Assembly: GCF_009914755.1 (NCBI RefSeq)
Contig: NC_060929.1
Origin: the human T2T-CHM13v2.0 reference genome, Homo sapiens
DNA length: 64,000 nucleotides
Direction: 5' to 3' (one strand)
The notes beneath the pieces were generated by a model that ran no database searches, was not told the DNA's origin, and saw only the letters and a program-made list of their open reading frames with translations. Positions 58,395 through 64,000 of the stretch are shown in pieces (the first letter of the stretch is position 1; the number at the start of each line of letters is the position of its first letter). Both the position numbers and the translations under genes were made by a program.

Positions 58395-60633
58395 GGACTG
58401 CAGGCTATGTGGGAACTGGGTGAGGCCTGTGACTGCCGTCTTTCCCCCACTTCCCTGGTGACCTGTGTGACTCAGCAAAGGCAGCCATAATCCCCCTGTG
58501 AACATACCTCCATTGGGCTGAGAACCACACTCCCATCCCCCACAGCAGCTGCAGCAAGGCCCACCCAAGGAGACTCTGAGATCAGACAGGCCTATCCTTG
58601 TCCCCACCTAGTGGTCTTTCTCTGCCTGCCCTGGCAGCTGAAGACAAAGAACATAATCTCTTGGGAGCTCTATAACCCCACCCACTGCCTGATCCTGCTT
58701 ATACAGCTGCAGCTGATACGCTCTGGAAAATGAGACAGAGTCTTGCTCTGTCGCCCAGGCTAGAGTGCAGTGGTGCACTCTTGTGTTCCTGGCTGAAGGC
58801 CAACCAACACAAAACCAGCACACTAAAGAAAAATACAAGCAAGGACCCACACAGAGTCTATTTCACTTTGCAGACATTCCTTAGTACCAGCTCAGAGCCT
58901 GGTAGGCTCTGCTGGGTGACTAGACCCAGAAGAGCAAAAGCAATCACTGCAGTTCGCCTCTCAGGAAGCCCCATCCCTAGGGGAAGGGGGAGAACACCAC
59001 ATCAAAGGAGCACCCCATGGAGCAAAAGAATCTGAACAGCAGCACTTGAGTTCCAGATCTTCCCTCTGACATAGCCTATCCAAATGAGAAGGAACCAGAA
59101 AAATAATTCTGGTATTACGATAAAACAAGTTTCTTTAACATCCCCAAAAGACCACACCAGCTCACCAGTAATGGATCCAAACCAAGACAAAATTTCTGAA
59201 TTGCCAGAAAAAGAATTCAGAAGGCCCATTATTAAGCTAATCAAGGAGGCACTAGAGAAACGTGAACTCCAACTTAAAGAAATCAAAAACATGATACACG
59301 ATATGAGAGGAAAAATCTTCAGTGAAATAGATAGCATAAATAAAAAACAATCACGACTTCTGGAAATCAAGGATACACTTAGAGAAATGCAAAATGCATT
59401 GGAAAGTCTCAGTAATAGAATAAAATGATCAGAAGAAAGAACTTCAGAGCTCAAAGACAAAGCTTTTGAATTAACCCAATCTGACAAAGACAAAGACAAA
59501 AAATATTTAAAAATGAACAAAGCCTCCAAGAAGTTTGGGACTATGTTAGGCATCCAAACCTAAGAATAACTGGTGGTGTTCCTGAGGAAGAAGAGAAATC
59601 TAAAAGTCTGGAAAACACATTTCAGGGAATAATCAAGGAAATCTCCTCTGGCCTTGCAAGAGATCTAGATATCCAAATACGAGTAGCTCAAAGAACATCC
59701 AGGAAATTCATTACAAAAAGATCATCATCTAGGCACATAGTCATCAGGTTATCTAAAGTCAAGATGAAGGAAAGAATCTTAAAAGCTGTGAAGCAAAAGC
59801 ATCAGGTAACCTATAAAGGAAAACCTATCAGACTAACAGATTTCTTAGCAGAAACCATACAAGCTAGAGTAATTGGGGTCCTATTTTAGCCTCCTTAAAC
59901 AAAACAATTATCAACCAAGAATTTTTTATCCAGAGAAACTAGGCTTCATAAATGAAGGAAAGATACAGTCTTTTCCAGACATAACAAATGCTGAGAGAAT
60001 TCACCACTACCAATCTGGCACTACAAGAACTGCTAAAAGGCGCTCTAAATCTTGAAACAAATCCTCAAAACACACCAAAATAGAACCTCCTTAAAGCATA
60101 AATCTCACAGGACTTATGTAACAATAACACAATGAAAAAATAAACAAGGTATTCAGGCAACAAATAGCACAATAAACAGAATAGTAGCTCACATCTCAAT
60201 ACAAATACAGAATGGCAAATGGATAAGAATTCACCAACCAAGTTTCTACTGTCTTCAGGAGACTCACCTAACACATAGGAACTCACATAAACTTAAGGTA
60301 AAGAGGTAGAAAAAGATATTCCATTCAAATAGAAACCAAAAGCAAGCAGGAGTAGCTATTCCTATATCAGAATAAAACAAACTTTAAAGCAACAGCAGTT
60401 AAGAAAGACAAAGAGGGACATTATACAATGATAAAAGGACTAATCCAACAGGAAAATATCACAATCCTAAATATACATATGCACCTAACACTGGAGCTCC
60501 CAAATTTATAAAACAATTACTACTAGACCTACCAAATGAAACAGAAGGCAACACAACAATAGTGGGGGACTTGAATACTCCACTGTCAGCACTAGACAGG
60601 TCATGAAGACAAAAAGTCAACAAAGAAACAATG
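58395..60633 (+). mobile_element. L1PB-like 5' half (partial 5'UTR, ORF1, start of ORF2 EN), no 3' end
   Basis: L1PBa-type UTR; ORF1 MRRNQKNNSG...ELPEKEFRR (59084-59428); EN motifs YAPNTGAPKF and VGDLNTPLS; stops at CAAAGAAACAATG. Confidence 0.9.
58731..58777 (-). other. 47-bp Alu fragment identical to 57246-57292, inserted in the L1 5'UTR
   Basis: TGAGACAGAGTCTTGCTCTGTCGCCCAGGCTAGAGTGCAGTGGTGCA occurs at both sites. Confidence 0.9.
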
Positions 60634-60639
60634 TAGGAG

Positions 60640-61920
60640 GCAGTCACTATTTTCCCTCTCCATTCCCACCTCCCTGTCTGCCTCCAAACATTCCAGTTGG
60701 GCCTTAGGCCATGTTACTCCAGCAAAACAACCCTGTCTAGGTCCAGATTGATCTTAATATTCCAGTTTCAATGGTTAATTAGTCCACACTACTTGACCTC
60801 TTAGGAGCATTTTGACCAAAGCTGAAAGCTTCCTCCTTCTTCACATGTTACTAAAATTTGGTTTCTGGGCACTGTGCTTTCTTGGCTTTTCCACCACCTC
60901 TCTGGCTGCTCTTTCTCTTTTGCTAAACTTTCCCTGTCTATCTCACGTCTACAGTTCGGGGCACTACCGGGTATAGTCCTTAACCTCTTACTGTTCTGTA
61001 TCTAGTAACTCCCTATATGATTCTCAACCAGTTTGAGGTTTTAAATAGCATTTATATATCAATGACTCCCAAATTTGTATCTCTAGCCACCGTCTCTTCC
61101 CTGAGCTCTAGAATAGGTGATAATATTCCTCTCAACTTATCACATCTAAAGGAAAACTTTTAATTTTCCCTTCCCAGCTGCTGCTTCCCATCTTCTCCAT
61201 CTTTATATATCATACCATTATACCCTTACTTGCCCTAGCCAAAAACTTAGGAATGATCTTTAATTCCTTTCTTTCCCTCACAGCCCATACCTAATCTATC
61301 AGTTTGCTCAGTTTGGTCTTCAGGATATACCCTGAAGCTGACCTCTTCTTAAACCCTATTGCTAAAACCCTGGTCCAAACCATCATTATTCCTCACCTGA
61401 ACTGCTGCAAAAACCTCCCAACTTGGCCTCCAGCCAGGAAGGGGTTTTCTTGTTTCCACTATAGCTATTCCATAGTCAACTTTTAGCTCAGTTTCCAGAA
61501 TGATCCTCTAAAAATGCATATTGAATCACATCACTCCTCTGATTAAAACTGTCTGGCAGCTTCTCATCACACAAAGTATAAAATCCAAACTCTTTACCAC
61601 AGCCTACAAGGGCTCCTGTGATCTGTCCTCTTTGTGCTTCTCCAAGCTCATCTTCTAATTCTCTCCCTCTAGCTCACTCTAGCTACACGTCTACATTCTG
61701 CTGTTTTTATACTACAAGCTCATTCCTCTTTTGGGGGATTTGCATTTGCTATTCCTTCCACATAATATTCCCCACCTCCTTCAATCTTAGCAGTGCTTTA
61801 TTGATTGATTGCCTAAAGGTCAGCTCAGCAGGATGTCTTCCATGATGACTTTATATAAAAGAGCACTTCCTGTTCGCATCCCTGTTCCCTCTTCATTTTC
61901 CTTCATAAAAATTATCATAC
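60640..61920 (+). mobile_element. L2 (about 1.3 kb)
   Basis: ACTTGACCTCTTAGGAGCATTTTGAC; ATGACTCCCAAATTTGTATCTCTAGCC; AAAACTTAGGAATGATCTTTAATTCC; AAAATCCAAACTCTTTACC. Confidence 0.8.
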
Positions 61921-61985
61921 CTCTTGATATTCCATTATAAGTACACACACACATACATACACAGGGTGAGAGAGAGAGAGAGAGA

Positions 61986-63043
61986 CAATCCTCACTTAGC
62001 ACACTTTTGATATGCATGGGGTTCAGTTACAACATTTTAAATAAAAACCCTAGTCCCTCAACAGCATGCTTCAAATTTCAGTTCTCATGGTAGATTAACA
62101 GTAAGTAATTGCATAAGATACAAAATTTGCCACCAGCCCTTCAGTCCACAAATCGCTATGTGAAAAGAGAGATGTGCATAATGATCAGTAACTAATTGCA
62201 TCACTCCTTTCACCATCCGTTAGTGATTGCTCACTGTGTTTGTTATTCAGTTCATCACAGACAGCAAAGCATGGACTTTGGATGCCTCTTTGTCTCCCAC
62301 TGATAAACCCATAGGATGTTTTATGAAAACGGGTCACTGAAAGAGAGAATTAGACAACAAAGATGAAAAAGCAGCAAAGAAACAACAAATGATAACACAA
62401 AATAAAATAAAAATAAAATGTAAATAGAGTTACAAAAGAAATATCTGACCATGGGAATATTGATACTGGCATCATTTGAGAAACTATAGCTCTATAACCA
62501 AAGGAACTCAGTGAAGCACAGCTATCAACACACATGAGGAAAAGTGGGTGTGAAGAAAAGGATGAAGATGCCCCAGAAGTCACGCTTGCTGAAAAACTTC
62601 CCCTTAAAGGAATTCTCAAAGATACATCATGATATTGAAGGCACAAAGGAGAAAACATTGGAAGGTGATTCAAACTTAGAAAAGAGCATGATGATTTGAT
62701 AAGATATTGAGAAGATGCTCACTCTGTATGGTAGGTTATACAAGAAGAAGGCAAGCGCTGTTCAAACTACTCCTGACACTTTTTTCCCAGAATATAAAAT
62801 ACTTTAATTTTGAATGTTTCTAATGTTTGAAACTATAGTATGTTAAATTAGTATTGGTTGTACTATTTTTTCATTTTCTTATACTTTCATAACTTTAAGC
62901 AGTAAGAGATTTTTTAATATCAAAATGTTTTATAGGTTATGGAACAATAGTAATATTTTCATTGATTTTTACAATCATTTTGCATGGTTTCAGCTTGCAT
63001 GGCCATTTTTACAGTCCCACACCACTGTGGAAAGCAAACATTG
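61986..63043 (+). mobile_element. Tigger-family (TcMar) non-autonomous element, about 1.06 kb
   Basis: Degenerate TIRs CAATCCTCACTTAGCAC / GTGGAAAGCAAACATTG|TA; acidic transposase C-terminal remnant (GAAAAGGATGAAGATGCCCCAGAAG). Exact subfamily uncertain. Confidence 0.7.
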
Positions 63044-63049
63044 TATAAA

Positions 63050-64000
<951 letters not shown>

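Noticed and set aside
59002-59553. 183-aa hydrophobic minus-strand ORF
   Set aside because: Antisense shadow of the A-rich L1 ORF1.
57915-62310. Inverted homology between 57915-58135 and ~62075-62310
   Set aside because: Highly diverged copies of the same Tigger family, not a recent duplication or composite-transposon ends.

Overview
AT-rich primate (human-like) genomic DNA, intronic or intergenic, with roughly half or more made of interspersed repeats. These are about 14 Alus (J, S and Y types), seven L1 pieces (a near-full-length L1PA15/16-like, a 5'-truncated L1PA4/5-like, the 5' half of an L1PB-like, and L1MA/L1MB/L1M 3' parts), HAL1, L2, MIR, solo ERVL/MaLR LTRs (MLT1, MLT2, THE1D) and DNA-transposon fossils (MER44, Tigger2, another Tigger, MER58A, MER53, MADE1, MARNA-like). 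I recognise no protein-coding gene, RNA gene, CpG island or CRISPR-like system. The supplied ORFs are L1/Alu remnants or chance ORFs. Subfamily names come from remembered consensus sequences and were not computed. The two best-supported unusual signals are both visible in the sequence. (1) The L1PA4/5-like insertion's target-site duplication encloses about 105 bp of non-L1 sequence with its own AATAAA and a second poly(A), i.e. a 3' transduction, later hit by an AluY. (2) A 47-bp exact copy of a nearby Alu segment sits inside an L1 5'UTR 1.5 kb downstream, suggesting a templated insertion from DNA repair. Several exon-like cassettes on both strands may belong to spliced non-coding or host-gene transcripts but are unproven. 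I found no evidence for a new biological system.
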